Shown: positions 50,513 to 63,328, counted from the first letter of the whole stretch. The stretch: 63,328 nucleotides of DNA, filler included, from Rhabdomonas costata (GCA_019059605.1; 54 parts of 54 records of this genome joined end to end with filler, not necessarily neighbours in it); one strand, 5' to 3'. A program made the numbers and translations. The notes: generated by a model from the letters alone, not told the origin.

Positions 50513-51268
50513 ACATCAACAATTGATGTTACAAAATTAAAATTAATAGAACAACCGCCGCCTGTAGTTGCAAATAATGAAACTTCAGAACCATCTAGTG
50601 GATTTTTAATTGAAGATAAAACAACTGATTCTGAAGTTCATCCATCAACATCAAATGTTGAAATGCCTATTGAATTAATAAAATTTGTTAAAGACAAATT
50701 ATCACATGAATTTACTGAATTATTTGAAAAACCAATTGAAAAAATAATTGAAGTTCTTAAAGAAAAGACATCTGATGATGTTGTAAAATGGTTCAACAAA
50801 TCACCAAGTAAATTTATTGAATTATTTAAAGAACAAAAACAAAATTTTGAAAAAGCACCAGAAACAGAACCAAATACAACTTCGTCATCTGAAGAAATAC
50901 CTGAACATATTATGAAAGAATTAATGAAAGAAACAACAGATACTTCTGATAATAAAATAGTAGAAGAACATATTACTGTTAAAGAAGAACCTAAACAAGA
51001 TCTTGAACAAATAAGAAAATCAGAAATAACAGAATCCGAAAGTTCAAGTTGTAAAAAACAAAAAACATTATTAAAGAAACGTACTGACAAATCAGATAGT
51101 CCAAGTTTAGTAAAACAACAAACAGAAGAACTTAATTTAATGGCAAAACAAATTGAAAATGATATTGCAACTGTTAACGATATACCAGTAGATAGTGTTC
51201 GTATATCTGAAGCGACTTCTTCAGTTAAATGTAAAAAATCAAAATGTACAAGTAGTACTTCAGAATAA
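50513..51268 (+). CDS. AT-rich intronless ORF, 5'-truncated, E/K/S/T-rich hypothetical protein; giant-virus-like context
   Basis: Open from the contig start for 251 codons, with A/T at nearly all third positions. Confidence 0.8.
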   Translation, partial: TSTIDVTKLKLIEQPPPVVANNETSEPSSGFLIEDKTTDSEVHPSTSNVEMPIELIKFVKDKLSHEFTELFEKPIEKIIEVLKEKTSDDVVKWFNKSPSKFIELFKEQKQNFEKAPETEPNTTSSSEEIPEHIMKELMKETTDTSDNKIVEEHITVKEEPKQDLEQIRKSEITESESSSCKKQKTLLKKRTDKSDSPSLVKQQTEELNLMAKQIENDIATVNDIPVDSVRISEATSSVKCKKSKCTSSTSE

Positions 51269-51270
51269 AT

Positions 51271-51344
51271 TAAATTATATTTGTGATAACAAATATAATT
51301 TATCAATAATATTTGTTAATTATAAAATTAAATTTTATAATTAA
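51271..51344. terminator. Two tandem perfect AT-rich hairpins immediately after the stop codon
   Basis: TAAATTATATTTGT-gata-ACAAATATAATTTA (14 bp, 51271-51302) and TTAATTATAAAAT-taa-ATTTTATAATTAA (13 bp, 51316-51344). Confidence 0.7.
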
Positions 51345-51399
51345 AATCATTCATTTATGCAAATTAATTTTTATATAAAAAATATCGTATGATATCTTA

Positions 51400-51580
51400 A
51401 TGAGTAAAATAACAGATGTTTTCGGGAATATTGTATTTAATAGAAACATACCTATCTTATTAATTCATACAAAATTACCAAGTACATTTTTTATAAAACT
51501 TTCCTTTACAGCTGATAATTCCATTTGGACAATTAACAAATCTGTTTTATCATCATTTATATTAAAAAATAAAATAAACC
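51400..51580 (+). CDS. AT-rich hypothetical ORF, 3'-truncated
   Basis: ATG 131 nt after the previous stop; open to the contig end; same codon bias as the upstream ORF. Confidence 0.6.
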
Positions 51581-51734
51581 CACACCNNNNNNNNNNNNNN
51601 NNNNNNNNNNNNNNNNNNNNNNNNNNNNNNTTAATTAATTAANNNNNNNNNNNNNNNNNNNNNNNNNNNNNNNNNNNNNNNNNNNNGGTTGTTTGTGGTA
51701 AGGGGGCCCACGCCATGTCCGCGCTAACGGGAAG

Positions 51735-52574
51735 AAGTACTTGCATCCCGTTAGCGCGGACATGGCGTGGGCACCCTTACCACCATCAATCTCAGCGTAG
51801 CCCCCGTAGAGCTTCGCGAAGGCCTTTTCGATCAGAGTGGGCCAAAGCTCGGCTCGAGCGCCAGAGCGGCACAGCACCACAGCTTGCGTCTCTGAAAAAG
51901 AAACGAAGGAAGGGTGAGCGTCAGCGTGATTGTTGTGGGAAACTTATTATCCAGCTCTGAACATGTGAAGACTACTACATCTATCAAAGTGGGATCTATA
52001 TAATTGGAGTCTAACTTCGATGCCATTGTTCACCTCGCACCATTCAAAGCAAAAAGCAAGAAGTAAAAGGCAAAATCAGTCCTCGTTCACACATTACAAC
52101 ACCAAAACTGGAAGAACAAGCGCGATGCATCCTATAACAAATCTGCAGACAGAATAACCCAGCATTGAATTAAGTCACGCAAAAGACAAAGAAAGGTATA
52201 TCCACACTTGGGTGCACAGGCACGCGGTTGTGTACGCAGACGCGGATCGGACGCCCCTCCGGCCGGAACTCGAACTCGTACACCCCGTACCTCTCGTCCA
52301 TCCGAGGCGCCAGCACCTTCAGCCCCACCGACTCCAGCCGCACCGCCGTGGCCAGCGAGGCCAGGAACCAGCAGTCCCCTAGAGATCCCTGATGCAAGTC
52401 GCTTACCTTGCTGCCTTCCAGCTGGAACACCTCCTTGCCGTCGAACAGGCGGTGGGCGGGGGCCCACATCCGAGGGCTCCATGGGACCCAGTTGTACCAC
52501 TTCTTGAGGTGGGTGAGGTCGGGGAGGTCCGGATCCACCCAGTGTCTGCCAGTCTGCTGGCACTGGGATACAAT
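51735..52574 (-). CDS. Calpain-family cysteine protease (CysPc domain), two exons (52574-52208 and 51891 to about 51735)
   Basis: WVDPDLP...DLHQGSLGDCWFLASLA...GVYEFEF...ELWPTLIEKAFAKLYGGYAEIDGG...AMSALTG; catalytic Cys intact; phase-1 GT-AG join. Confidence 0.95.
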
Positions 52575-55500
52575 CTGAAATAAACAGGCATCTCTCTCTG
52601 ATAAAATGAAAAAAAGGGAGCGGTATGCCTTCTTGAAGCTGAAACGTCTCCGGAGTGATTCTTGCTATTACCGGTATATCGGAGGCTGTCAACAAACAGG
52701 AGCATCATCAAAATGGATACCCTAAAGGAGGGATACGTTGAGGATAAAGTCACCACCCCCCNNNNNNNNNNNNNNNNNNNNNNNNNNNNNNNNNNNNNNN
52801 NNNNNTTAATTAATTAANNNNNNNNNNNNNNNNNNNNNNNNNNNNNNNNNNNNNNNNNNNNTTTTGTGTTTTTTTTGTTCAAAAAACAATTCCTTTTTCA
52901 GAGGGCAAAGCCGAAGCCGGTCCTTGCACCCTCAGACCGGTATCCACCCGTGCCCCAAGGCGGATGTTCTTTTTAACTTGCACCGTTTCTTTCCCCATCG
53001 CAGCGGAGGGCTTATCGACGGCACAACGTATAAATAAAAAGGGGGCCCAGGCAAAAGGCTTCGTCGCCTGTTGCCCATCGATTCGATATTTCCTTTCTGG
53101 GTCCCTTTGGACCATCTTGTTCTGTGGTGGCTACTCCTTCTCGTTCAAGCTAATGCAGGGCGAAAATAAAGAGCATAATGGGATTCAGTAGATACAAAAC
53201 CTGCGTGACAAACCGTCACTTGAGGCCGGATTCTGATTCTGTCCCCGGTCCACCCACAAGACATAGAGAGACACGACACAGGACCCGCTAACTGTACCCT
53301 TACTCTTCCCCCCCCCCCGCACACACCTGATCATCCAGTTTCGAATAGCCAGGTATACAACCCCAAAGATTTGTGCAAGTACAACAAAAAGTAAATTGTG
53401 TGCATATTACCCTTGTGTGCATCTGGTCTTCTCCCTGGTGGGCCAACAAAAACCAAAGAACCATCCATTACTTTGCAACCGACTGGGACAGAGATCTCTT
53501 CGCGGTCGAGAGTTGGAGAAATTCAAAGCCACCCATGTATTGGCCCCGTCGCCAGATTAAGCCTGAGCCTTGCGCACAGCTAAAGCAATGGAGCAAGTTG
53601 CCCTCGGTATTCCATTGCGATAAAGTTTTGGAATGCTTGGTGTTGTTTCGGGTTTTCAACAATAATTCGTACTGGAGCAAGGAGACGCGTGGGTATTCCC
53701 GACTCCTGACGTCTGCTCCAGGTTGCACTCAGAAGAGAGAAGACGCGTACCGGAAGAGCGGACCTGTCCTGAGCATACAATTCAGACCTTGGTCCCCTCG
53801 CCACTCGCAACTCCATCCTGGGAAAGGAAGCATAAGAGAATAAAAAATTAGGACGCGACAAATTCGGGAGAAACCAGGAGGCAACGAGAAAAAAGGCCGA
53901 TAGAACAAAGGCAACACAGATAGTCACACCACACCCNNNNNNNNNNNNNNNNNNNNNNNNNNNNNNNNNNNNNNNNNNNNTTAATTAATTAANNNNNNNN
54001 NNNNNNNNNNNNNNNNNNNNNNNNNNNNNNNNNNNNCCACATCGGAAGAAGACCTTTTTGTTGCGTGGACACCAAAGGGGTGACCTCCCAACAAAAAGGT
54101 CTTCTTCCGATGTGGCCAAAAGCCACCAAACGCTGCAACAGCCCATACTCAAAAACAAAGACAAAGCCACCTTACTCCAGCCCTTAAAAAATAAAACGGA
54201 TTTCTTCAGTACCTTGGAAGAACAAAACCGCAAGCAGCAGAGGGAAAGGCCGGAGCGCAGCAGGAGACCTTCCACGCTTGGAACAGGCCACGGGCTGCCA
54301 TCTCTGGAGAGGTCATCTTCTCCTTCTTCGAAAGATCGAAACAGGCAACGAGAGGAGAAGGGAAGACAGAGCAGACCCAGCCTATGAGCCGGAGGGGACC
54401 CAATCCGCAATCCCTCCCTCTATTTTTGGGTGGTGCTTCTGAGGACTACGTAGCGCAATGCAATAACCCAAACTGGCTCCTGATCCAGCCTGAGCCCGAG
54501 CCGCGAACCTGGAACTGGCCCCCTTTTTGTTTATGGGGATTTCACCTATTATTTGCACACACACACACACACATGCACACAGAGCGCCTTGACGCCGTGT
54601 GCTGTGGCGTGTCCTTGTGCTGCTTGTTCTGCACACCTGTTGGTTTTTGGCGCGTTCACGATGCTGCTGTTCGTGCTGGACTACACGACGGGCATTGGGG
54701 TGAGGGTGTGCGCCGTGCCCATCCACACACACACACACGCACACACACGGAGAGCCTTCTGCGTTCTTGGGGGCCGGATGGCGCCCCGATAACACACGCA
54801 CATATGCACACGCACACACGCACACACACCCTCTTCCACCTCCATTCCCCTTGGCTTCTTCACTCCGATCTGTGGCTGCTGAAACGAAGAGTTCTCGGCC
54901 AATTTCCCACGGTTTTTTTTTCAGGTTCTGGCACCACACCTTTTCGCAGATACTGAAGCTCGCGTCTCGCCGTCTCGCACCTTTCAGTTTATGTGTGATT
55001 ATACGAGAAATCCTTGCAATCACCGGTGTCATCGGCCTAAAGGAGACGGGGGAGTTTGGCTTGATTGAGTCCACTTTGTCTTCGGGCTTCACCCCCGACC
55101 GGCACAAAAACCCNNNNNNNNNNNNNNNNNNNNNNNNNNNNNNNNNNNNNNNNNNNNTTAATTAATTAANNNNNNNNNNNNNNNNNNNNNNNNNNNNNNN
55201 NNNNNNNNNNNNNGTGGGGTTGGGTACCAAGGGAAGCCCCCGACCCGCGGAGTAAGAGAAAAAGCCGTCAAGGCAGAGAAATTATATACGGGGAAGAGTA
55301 ATGGAGAGAAGGCCGACCCGGAGAGCCGAGTGGGGCAAAAGCCCGGGCGAGTCAGCGAGAGAAGGACAATGGAGGAGGAGATTCCAATGGACGAAGCAGC
55401 AGAAGAGCAGCAAGCAGCAGCTCAGTGGCAGAAGAGAAGTTCAGAATGGAGGACAGTCAAAGAAAAGAGGAGCTCGGTAAGAAATTGCCGAGGGCCAAAG

Positions 55501-56877
55501 GCCAGAGACAGAATGGTTGCATGAGTAAAGCGGCAGAGTTGCATTGGGAAGAAGTTTTTGCACAAGAGAGTTGCATCGAAGACAGAAGAATTCGGGAAAG
55601 CTCGAAGATTATGACAAGAATGTCCCAAGTGGCGGAATTCAATAAAAGTGTACTTCTTTGAAAGAAGAAATTCGACTGCATCGAAGGATGTTTTTTTTGC
55701 GAATTCTCTGGACCAGATTTTCGGTCAGAGTGGTCCTTTTTTTGGTTCATGGGAGGGGGTGAAAAGAGGCTGATCAAATGGTGTGGCCTTTGACTTCCTT
55801 TGTTAGTGCTTGTGTTGGTTGTGCGTCGTAATTATGTTGCAAGGGAGAAGCGCGGAGGCGAAAGAGCCGGCGCAAAACCCAGAGGGAGGTAGAGTGGGGA
55901 TCGTAGCTGCGGCAGTTGTGGTTGTGAACGCTGCTGCGCTTGCACTTTTGCTGCGTAAGTGCTACGTAAGTTCCAGCCTGCTTGAATGGAGGAGAGATGC
56001 AGAAGGGGTAGCCAGAGTCGCACCCAGCCCGCCCCCGTGAATAAGCAGAGCCCGAGGCCACAAGCCCGAAGAAGTCAAGACACCAGGTTCCACCTTGCAA
56101 AGCTCTTACCCCCTTCCACTTCTGTTGGTTCGCGGAGTGACCCCGAAGTGGTCGAAAAGCCAAGCTAAAGAGAGAGAGATCGCCTCGCCGCCCCCTTTGC
56201 ATAACGCACCCAAGCACCCAGGAAAGACCAAAAAGCCTTGCACGCCTCCACTCGTGGCAGCATCAGACAGGACACTCTCACCACACACNNNNNNNNNNNN
56301 NNNNNNNNNNNNNNNNNNNNNNNNNNNNNNNNTTAATTAATTAANNNNNNNNNNNNNNNNNNNNNNNNNNNNNNNNNNNNNNNNNNNNGGGGGTGGTGGC
56401 ACCGCTTTTATTCGCCCTCTACCACCGTGATAATAGTACAGGGCAGCTTTACTGTTTTTGCCTCTCTTCTGTCTCTTAGTGGCCGTTTTTCTCGGACTTT
56501 TCCGCTTGCACGATCCTTTCTTGTCACTTTCCCTTTTTTGAACTGGATATTCCCAAACTTACCACGCATCGGTCAGAATATCAAACCGGTGAGGGTCCCT
56601 CTGCCGTCTCTTCACCGGGCGACGCTGACCGAAGAAAGAGCCACCGTGTCTTTTTTAGGCTCTTTCTGCTCTGCGCAGGCTCTTTTCTTGATTTCTCCAA
56701 TGCCGTGCCGATGCTGGTTTTTTTCTTATTTCCTTCCCGTCAACCTTTCTTCTCAGCATCACCATCCCTAAGTCAAAGAATAAAACCAGGGCGTATTCTG
56801 GTAATCCGGTATGTGCGGTACAATCTATGTGAGGGTGGATGGGGTATGAATGTAACGTGTGTGGGGTATCACGCCAG

Positions 56878-57028
56878 GTCCTATTTGGGGTTTGTTGTGG
56901 AGGCTATCGCGGCTGCGCTTCTGGTTCTCCGCACCGCGTGGGAGGACCAGACTCTGCAGGCCGAGCTTTCGGGGTACAAGGAGTTCGCACGCACCGTGCG
57001 CTACCGCCTGGTGCCTGGGCTGTGGTAA
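56878..57028 (+). CDS. Isoprenylcysteine carboxyl methyltransferase / PEMT-like protein, last exon
   Basis: LVLRTAWEDQTLQAELSGYKEFARTVRYRLVPGLW-stop is the typical family C-terminus; CAG acceptor. Confidence 0.85.
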
Positions 57029-59519
57029 GCTGCGACCCCTGGCGGATTCCCGCCAGGGTGCGGGGGCACAGACTTTGCTGTGGACACGTTTTTTGTGGAT
57101 AACCAGAAGCCAGAGCAGCCGTAATTTCAAGCGTTACGGGGGAGTACATCCCATTAGACTGGCAGATAGAACTACCTCACCTTTTCCCATTGTTGTTCTT
57201 CAAACTCAGCATTTTGCAAACGTTTCTACATCACTTGCCCCCCCTCATAAACTTGTCAAATTTGTGTGGCTCATTACTAGGAACCAAAAAGAATAAACTT
57301 TCATGCAACTTCTTGCCCCGCCCCCCTCCAAAGAATTTATCGTAACAATAGTTCCAACATTTGCCACACCTCTCACATATCCCGCTGTTATCCCAGAAAA
57401 CGTGTCCGCATGTCCAACCCATCCCCCATTCCCATTCGCTCTCTGGCTCGCCACCAACACAANNNNNNNNNNNNNNNNNNNNNNNNNNNNNNNNNNNNNN
57501 NNNNNNTTAATTAATTAANNNNNNNNNNNNNNNNNNNNNNNNNNNNNNNNNNNNNNNNNNNNGTTTTTTGGTATCCTGCTGAAAACAGGGTTTTATACAG
57601 GTCCCGTAAACAGGGTCCTATCAGAGGCACTGCCTTTTTTCCTCCATTGCATCATGGAGCTTCTGCATTTTGTGCGAGTGATCTTACCGATCAGGGATAT
57701 CGACGGATTGCCCCCACTCCGTGGTGCAATGGCCCGAACTTCTGCAGAACTTCCACTTTTGCTCAGGATCTCTCTTCTCCCTCGTTCTCGTTCTAGGTAG
57801 GAATGTGTATTCCTCTGTGGTTGCTTTTGGTTTGGGCATTGCTGGTTCTTCCGGAGTGTCGATGGGCGCTGGCCCACGAGCTGGATGGAGCCACGATGGA
57901 GCTCCTGACCGCTGCTGCGGCAGAGCTGCTGCCTCAGAGGCCTTCAGTGGGCCAGAACGCGGTTGGCGGAGGGCGGGAGTCTGTTGGCGGGGTTGCAACC
58001 ACTGAGTGACTCTCTTACTGTCCCTCGTTAAGTGCACCGCTTGCCGCTTGCCGCGAAGAAGCCAATCGAAGAGCCCCGACTGGGCTGCGCCGACCTGCTG
58101 TGAAGGCGACGACCTCACGAGGGAGATGGACACATATGATCGCTCGATCCCGGAAACTCCTGTCAGAGGCACGGCTTTGCTTTTGGTTCTGCCTCGGCTT
58201 CACTCGGTGCACCTGTTCCTAAACGCTTTCTTAACTCTGTCTCTTTGCCGGGGAGCATAAGAATACTGAAGAAGGCGATTCTAGAGGTCAGGGGTCACGC
58301 TGAAGATCCCAGAATGTTGGGGAAATGATACTTGGGGTCCCCCTCGTATATTGATAATCGATATTCACTATAATGATATCGCTGTGGACACGTTTATTTG
58401 GATAACTGCGGAAGGCGTGGAAGTTGTGCCAAATTTGGGACGATTTTTTTTGCCCTGGGCGGCAGTTAGGAACAGAGACCACAGATCAAAGAACCCCGTG
58501 CAACGTACAATGCAAAACCAGCAACTAGTGAAAAGTAGCAAAAGGAAAAGACTGAAAACTGTCAACGTGGAACAGGGTGAAGCCGACGCAGGTCTGGGGT
58601 CTTTTGTACAAGACGAACTGGAAGGACAAAATTTGCCNNNNNNNNNNNNNNNNNNNNNNNNNNNNNNNNNNNNNNNNNNNNTTAATTAATTAANNNNNNN
58701 NNNNNNNNNNNNNNNNNNNNNNNNNNNNNNNNNNNNNGGGTGTGGTGGTGGAGATTGTGGAGGGAGGTCGGAAGGAAGCTCCTGAATTACCGGAAGTTGG
58801 AGGGTGATTCTGTGTGCAAGCAAATGCTTCGGCGACACGCTTTTTGGCGGCCAACGTCTGACTACTTTCCTCGTATTCTGCCCTCTCGAGTTTTTGTTGT
58901 TTGTTTTTGTGCTGGGGGCGAGAATTGAAAGGATCAGCGTTGGTTCCTGTGGGGCTCAGGGAGGACGTCCCACGCATTCTCTCTGGCGACTCCGCGGGTA
59001 TCCCAGCAGCGATCGCTGCAGCAGAGGCGAGACCCACCCTTGCTGTGGGAGGGGCCGGGCCCGCCATGGGCGACGATGTTTCGGAAGCGCTCGAGAGGTC
59101 AGGCAACACTCCGTCTCCCCTTGCTTTACGTTTTCCGCTATTCCTTTTTTTTGGACTCTTTCGCCAATGAAAGGCCCCGTTGCCGTGTCCGTGAGTCTCA
59201 GAGCCTGCCTCCCCTTCCCCTCCCTCCCCTCTTCTCAGGGAGGACGTCCGGCATACCTCTGCCGGGCACTTCACGGCAGGTGGAGCCAACCACGGGACCA
59301 CCTCTGTGGCCTCCGCGGCCACCGCCTCTGCCGGAATGCCCTTCATCCCTCTTCCCGGGGTGGTTCTTCCTGTGGTGGCCTGCAGCGCTGTGCCGGCCTG
59401 TCCTCTCGAGTCGGCTCCGTGGCGCACCGAAAGGGCGGAGTGCTGGCCGTGCCCACACTCGGAGCGGTGGAAGCGGCTGCGATGGAAAAAGGTCCGTGGG
59501 CGCGTACATCGCCTCCTAA

Positions 59520-59648
59520 CCCCTGCAAAAACTTCTATTGAAATCCCAGGAGACCCTTTCATCGCCACCTGACCCCCTGCAAAAGCTTCTATTGAAATCC
59601 CAGGAGACCCTTTCATCGCCACCTGACCCCCTGCAAAAGCTTCTATTG
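59520..59648. repeat. 54-bp tandem repeat, about 2.4 copies
   Basis: TTCTATTG recurs at 59533, 59587 and 59641 with near-identical intervening sequence. Confidence 0.9.
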
Positions 59649-60339
59649 TGATCCTGGAAACCGTGCATCGCCAAGTCAACTGCTCATATTCTATTTGCTA
59701 TTTTTGCACACGGTATTGATGGTGTACCCCGTAGTTGAAGACAGAGAAGAAGCGCTGGAGCCTTCCTTTAAAGGAAGGCTCCAGCGCTTCTTCTCTGTCT
59801 TCAACAACCCCNNNNNNNNNNNNNNNNNNNNNNNNNNNNNNNNNNNNNNNNNNNNTTAATTAATTAANNNNNNNNNNNNNNNNNNNNNNNNNNNNNNNNN
59901 NNNNNNNNNNNAAAATTAGACCAAAATTTGGTAGATGGAGGAGCATTTTGTGTTGGGAGAGGATATGGTGAGAGGTCGAGGAGATAGGCCACCTTTTCCA
60001 GCGGGAAGTGAAAGGACGCGGATCCCCACCCCTCCAAGACGAGGTAATTTGCCAGAAATGCCACATCAGAGAGGCATATAAAGTGATCTGGCTTTACCGT
60101 TGCAAGCTCAGTGCTGGAGGAAGCGAAAGCTCCGGAGCTACCTAACCTGGCACGTTTCTACTTCGGGATCCCAGCGCATGCGCGCTGGCCCAACATAAGA
60201 GCCAGAAGATTGGCGGAAAGTCTAATGGATCGAAACATCTAAACGGAGAAAGAAATTCAACGTGACAAAGAAAGAGCTACTGGAGACGTGGCATCATGGG
60301 CGTATTTTTGAGTCGAATTTGCGGTGCAATATCATCTGT

Positions 60340-60960
60340 ATAGAGGATTTATATCGCCTTATCATTATTCACAAGACGCATGACATTGTGGAGTGGCTAG
60401 AGCTTCAGCTGTGATAAAAAGCACGTTTTGTTCAAGAACGTCAAGAGAAGTGTAAAAGCGTATGCGCGGACTTGTGATATATGTCAACGTTTCAAGGATG
60501 ATAATCATCTTCCGAGAGGTCACACGCAGGTGCTTGAGGTGCTAGTAAACAAGTGTGAGTACATATCCATGGACTTTGTCAAAATGCCATAGGTGTCGTT
60601 GAAGTTCTCTGGAGGTAATCAAGTGGTAAATGAGGTTTTGAATGTGACGTAGAGCGATTAAGCCACAATACAATTAATGCGTACTATATAGTGAAGTTGT
60701 TTTTGTGTATATATCATGTGTTGCAGTGGAGCATTGAGTAATATAGTGATAGAGTGATAGAGACCCAATATTCATGTGGTTGTTTTGGAAAGAGCTAAGG
60801 GCATTTATTATTTACAGTCAATTAGGTCGTCGCCGTATCATCATCAGAAAAACGGTCAGGCATAGATAACAAATTAGACAATGAAACAAGTGTTTCGGAC
60901 TTTGATTTACGCGCACCAAGGAATAGCGTGTATGGAATTGTTTGTTCTGACCGAGACTGC
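60340..60960 (+). mobile_element. Degenerate Ty3/gypsy integrase (zinc-binding region and core), multiple stops
   Basis: VKAYARTCDICQRFKDDNHLPRGHTQVLEV...EYISMDFV and RSSPYHHQKNGQA*ITN*TMKQVFR. Confidence 0.88.
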
Positions 60961-62967
60961 TATATACAGTGCCCCAATTNNNNNNNNNNNNNNNNNNNNN
61001 NNNNNNNNNNNNNNNNNNNNNNNTTAATTAATTAANNNNNNNNNNNNNNNNNNNNNNNNNNNNNNNNNNNNNNNNNNNNACAGGTTTTCTTGCTCTATCG
61101 TGCGGTCAAACGCAGAAACCTAATGTAAAAGCAATCTCCGGCCAGCTTTATGCACATTCGAACAATAGTATCCAACAACCATAGGGGCAGGGGGGGTGAG
61201 GGAGGCCACGGCGAAAGCATGGCCGGGGTGGCGGGAGGTCCTGCTCGACCCAGCCTGCGCGAAAGAAAGCACCCAAAGCCGTAGCACACATAAACACACA
61301 CAGGCACGCACACCATCAGACATCTAGAGACACAACCAACTCAGCACCTCAGCAGCTCCAGGTGGCCTGGGCTTCCTCCAACGCAGGGATATGGGGGCGA
61401 TGAAGCTTTCTTTTCAACTTTCAATTCGGTATCACTAGAATGACCCGTACCCGTACCCGTGCATCCTTCGGTGCTCCGGGGGAGATTTACAGCAGAAACT
61501 CGTACTTACCAACGAAAGCCTCAGCGTAGAAAAATGTGGCAGAGGTTGCACAACACCAGCATCTCATATATCCACCTCAAACTGGGGCACCACTAGATAC
61601 AGATAAGACATCCCCAAACTTCTCGGGACGCCTTGAAAATAATTTTGGTCGCAATCAATCATGACTTTGTTTTTCTCAGTTTGGGGTGGAATGGCCAAGA
61701 GTGGGCTCCAGCGAGGCAGTTTTTCTCGCGAAACATTCCTGAAATGCTGGGGGATGGCGCAGTGCTTTCCAAAATGAGAGCGATAGGACAAGGGGGAATT
61801 CACGTCTGTACTATGTCCCATCATCTTTGGGGGGGGGTGCGTGTCAAAGACACACGCCAAGGGAGAAGTAAGGTCGAAAAAACTCTTCTCTTCTTCCCCT
61901 GTCATCATGCAGACGGAAACGGCACAGTTTTCCCCACCCCGCATTCGGAAAATAACTGCGTTAAAATGATGAAGAATTCTATAACGGGGTTGTGTGCTGC
62001 TTTACCTTCTGAAACACTGCACTCTTGAGGATCGTTTTTGACGCCACAGCACACCGCACCACACTACACTCCGTATGCCAGGCAATCTCTGTTTCCCCAG
62101 GCACCTACCTCCATCGTTCAGAAGGTTTGTGCTCTCAAGGCAAAGTGCAAAGTNNNNNNNNNNNNNNNNNNNNNNNNNNNNNNNNNNNNNNNNNNNNTTA
62201 ATTAATTAANNNNNNNNNNNNNNNNNNNNNNNNNNNNNNNNNNNNNNNNNNNNGTTTTTTGTGGAAAGAAGCATTAAAAAATGAAAGAAATACAGGAAGC
62301 CCGCCTTCGGGGACCATTCTCAGGTTGTTTGTGCGCTGTCCTTCATCTTGTTGCATAATACAAGGTGCATACCGAAACTCAACGTTTGGTACGAGTTTCT
62401 GATGGAAGTCATGGGAACGATCCGCGATGTTTGGTTGGTACTCTGCTGACGAGATGTGAGTGCGGGGTTGGGGGTTTTGCAGGGTGGACAGCTTTCTGCA
62501 CACCACCTGCCTCAGTTGCCAGCGAAAGTTTCGGCTGGGGTCTGTCTGCCTGGGTGGGTGATTTCTCTCGTGTTCCATCAGGTGTGACTCTGATTCGGGT
62601 TTGTCCTGACATGTGTCATCCGAAGATATTGGTCCATTTCCTCTCTGGAGATAATCTTTCGCACCCCGCCCCCTACATCCATGAGCGCAGGATTGCCTTC
62701 TTCCGTAGTGGGACGGTTTTAAAATATCTGTGTACTGATTGTTCGAGCGGCAATGTCTCTTTGAACGCTCTCCTTAAACTGATCATGTGCGGAGGTATGG
62801 GGATTCCAGCACGCCACCTCGACGCTGCGCTTTTTTGCTTTTTGTCAGAAAAAATTAGCGCGGCCTGGCTCTCTCTTGAAATGAAAAAAGGAACTCTTTC
62901 TGCAGAAAACAGCGGCTCCGGGTGCAACGTCACTGGTCCTCCGTCTTTGGTTCTCTCTTGGCCGCAG

Positions 62968-63046
62968 GTTCAAAGCGGACGACATGGTCAAGGGGATCAT
63001 CTCTACTCCTTCGGAGTGGACTTGCAGGTCATGTGGAGGAGCTGAG
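62968..63046 (+). CDS. Small exon containing a CxxC zinc-ribbon half-site
   Basis: Polypyrimidine-cgcag acceptor and GAG|GTATGA donor; FKADDMVKGIISTPSEWTCRSCGGAE. Family not certain. Confidence 0.45.
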
Positions 63047-63240
63047 GTATGAACTCACACCATACCCGCGCAAATCGCCATTGCTGCCTTCTTCCTTCGC
63101 ATCCCCCCGACTTTCAGGGAAATATACCTCTGCTCGTTGCTCTCTTTTCTGGCTCAATTATTTCTTGGGAATGGGATGCAAAACCTCCTCTGATTAGGAA
63201 GGATGCGAAAAAAAAAAGGGATTGTGATGTGTCTCTTTTT

Positions 63241-63245
63241 AAAAA

Positions 63246-63277
<32 letters not shown>

Positions 63278-63282
63278 AAAAG
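63241..63282. repeat. (AAAG)n microsatellite
   Basis: Directly visible. Confidence 0.95.
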
Positions 63283-63328
63283 GGATCAAACCATCACTTT
63301 TCCATTGCTGGAAACCAAAAGGTGTGTA

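Noticed and set aside
50638-51306. 222-aa minus-strand ORF
   Set aside because: It is the antisense shadow of the plus-strand E/K-rich ORF.
51706-51772. 27-bp inverted repeat inside the calpain exon
   Set aside because: It duplicates coding sequence in reverse at the contig end, typical of a template-switch chimera.
59520-59648. Direct repeats considered as a CRISPR array
   Set aside because: The units are contiguous with no unique spacers and there are no cas genes; this is a minisatellite.
58738-59679. 329-aa minus-strand ORF and overlapping long ORFs
   Set aside because: No recognisable domain. GC-rich sequence is open in several frames, and the N-terminus is just the 54-bp repeat.
59734-59805. 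Long perfect palindrome
   Set aside because: Contig-terminal; same artefact class.
62300-62800. Possible decayed integrase HHCC region on the minus strand
   Set aside because: Motif spacing is irregular and interrupted by stops; too weak to call.

Overview
This window is not one locus. It is 54 unrelated contigs of about 1.07 kb each, joined by artificial N-spacers containing TTAATTAATTAA, so adjacency between contigs means nothing and most of the ORF track is noise. Most contigs come from an intron-rich eukaryote of roughly 50% GC. Loose GT donors, frequent GC-AG introns, receptor-type class III cyclases and one spliced-leader-like motif suggest a euglenid protist, but this is inference only. 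Recognisable exons: TRPML- and PKD2-type channels, Rab14, an isocitrate/isopropylmalate dehydrogenase-family enzyme, phosphofructokinase, an NADP-dependent alkenal/prostaglandin reductase, Hsp60, a cyclase, a GT47 exostosin, a DEAD-box helicase, a calpain, an ICMT-like methyltransferase, and Ig/EGF-repeat proteins. Mobile elements: Ty3/gypsy relics, a CRE-like non-LTR RT, a Merlin/IS1595-like transposase, and possible DIRS-like RT relics. The most striking signal is two very AT-rich, intronless contigs (16445-17519 and 50512-51586). One encodes a divergent class II nucleotidyltransferase; the other has perfect hairpins right after a stop codon. Together they point to an undescribed giant virus (Nucleocytoviricota) infecting or integrated in this host. 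Also notable: an intronless fungal-type DHA1 transporter and a HET-E/NWD-like WD40 array. Contig ends carry whole-genome-amplification artefacts.
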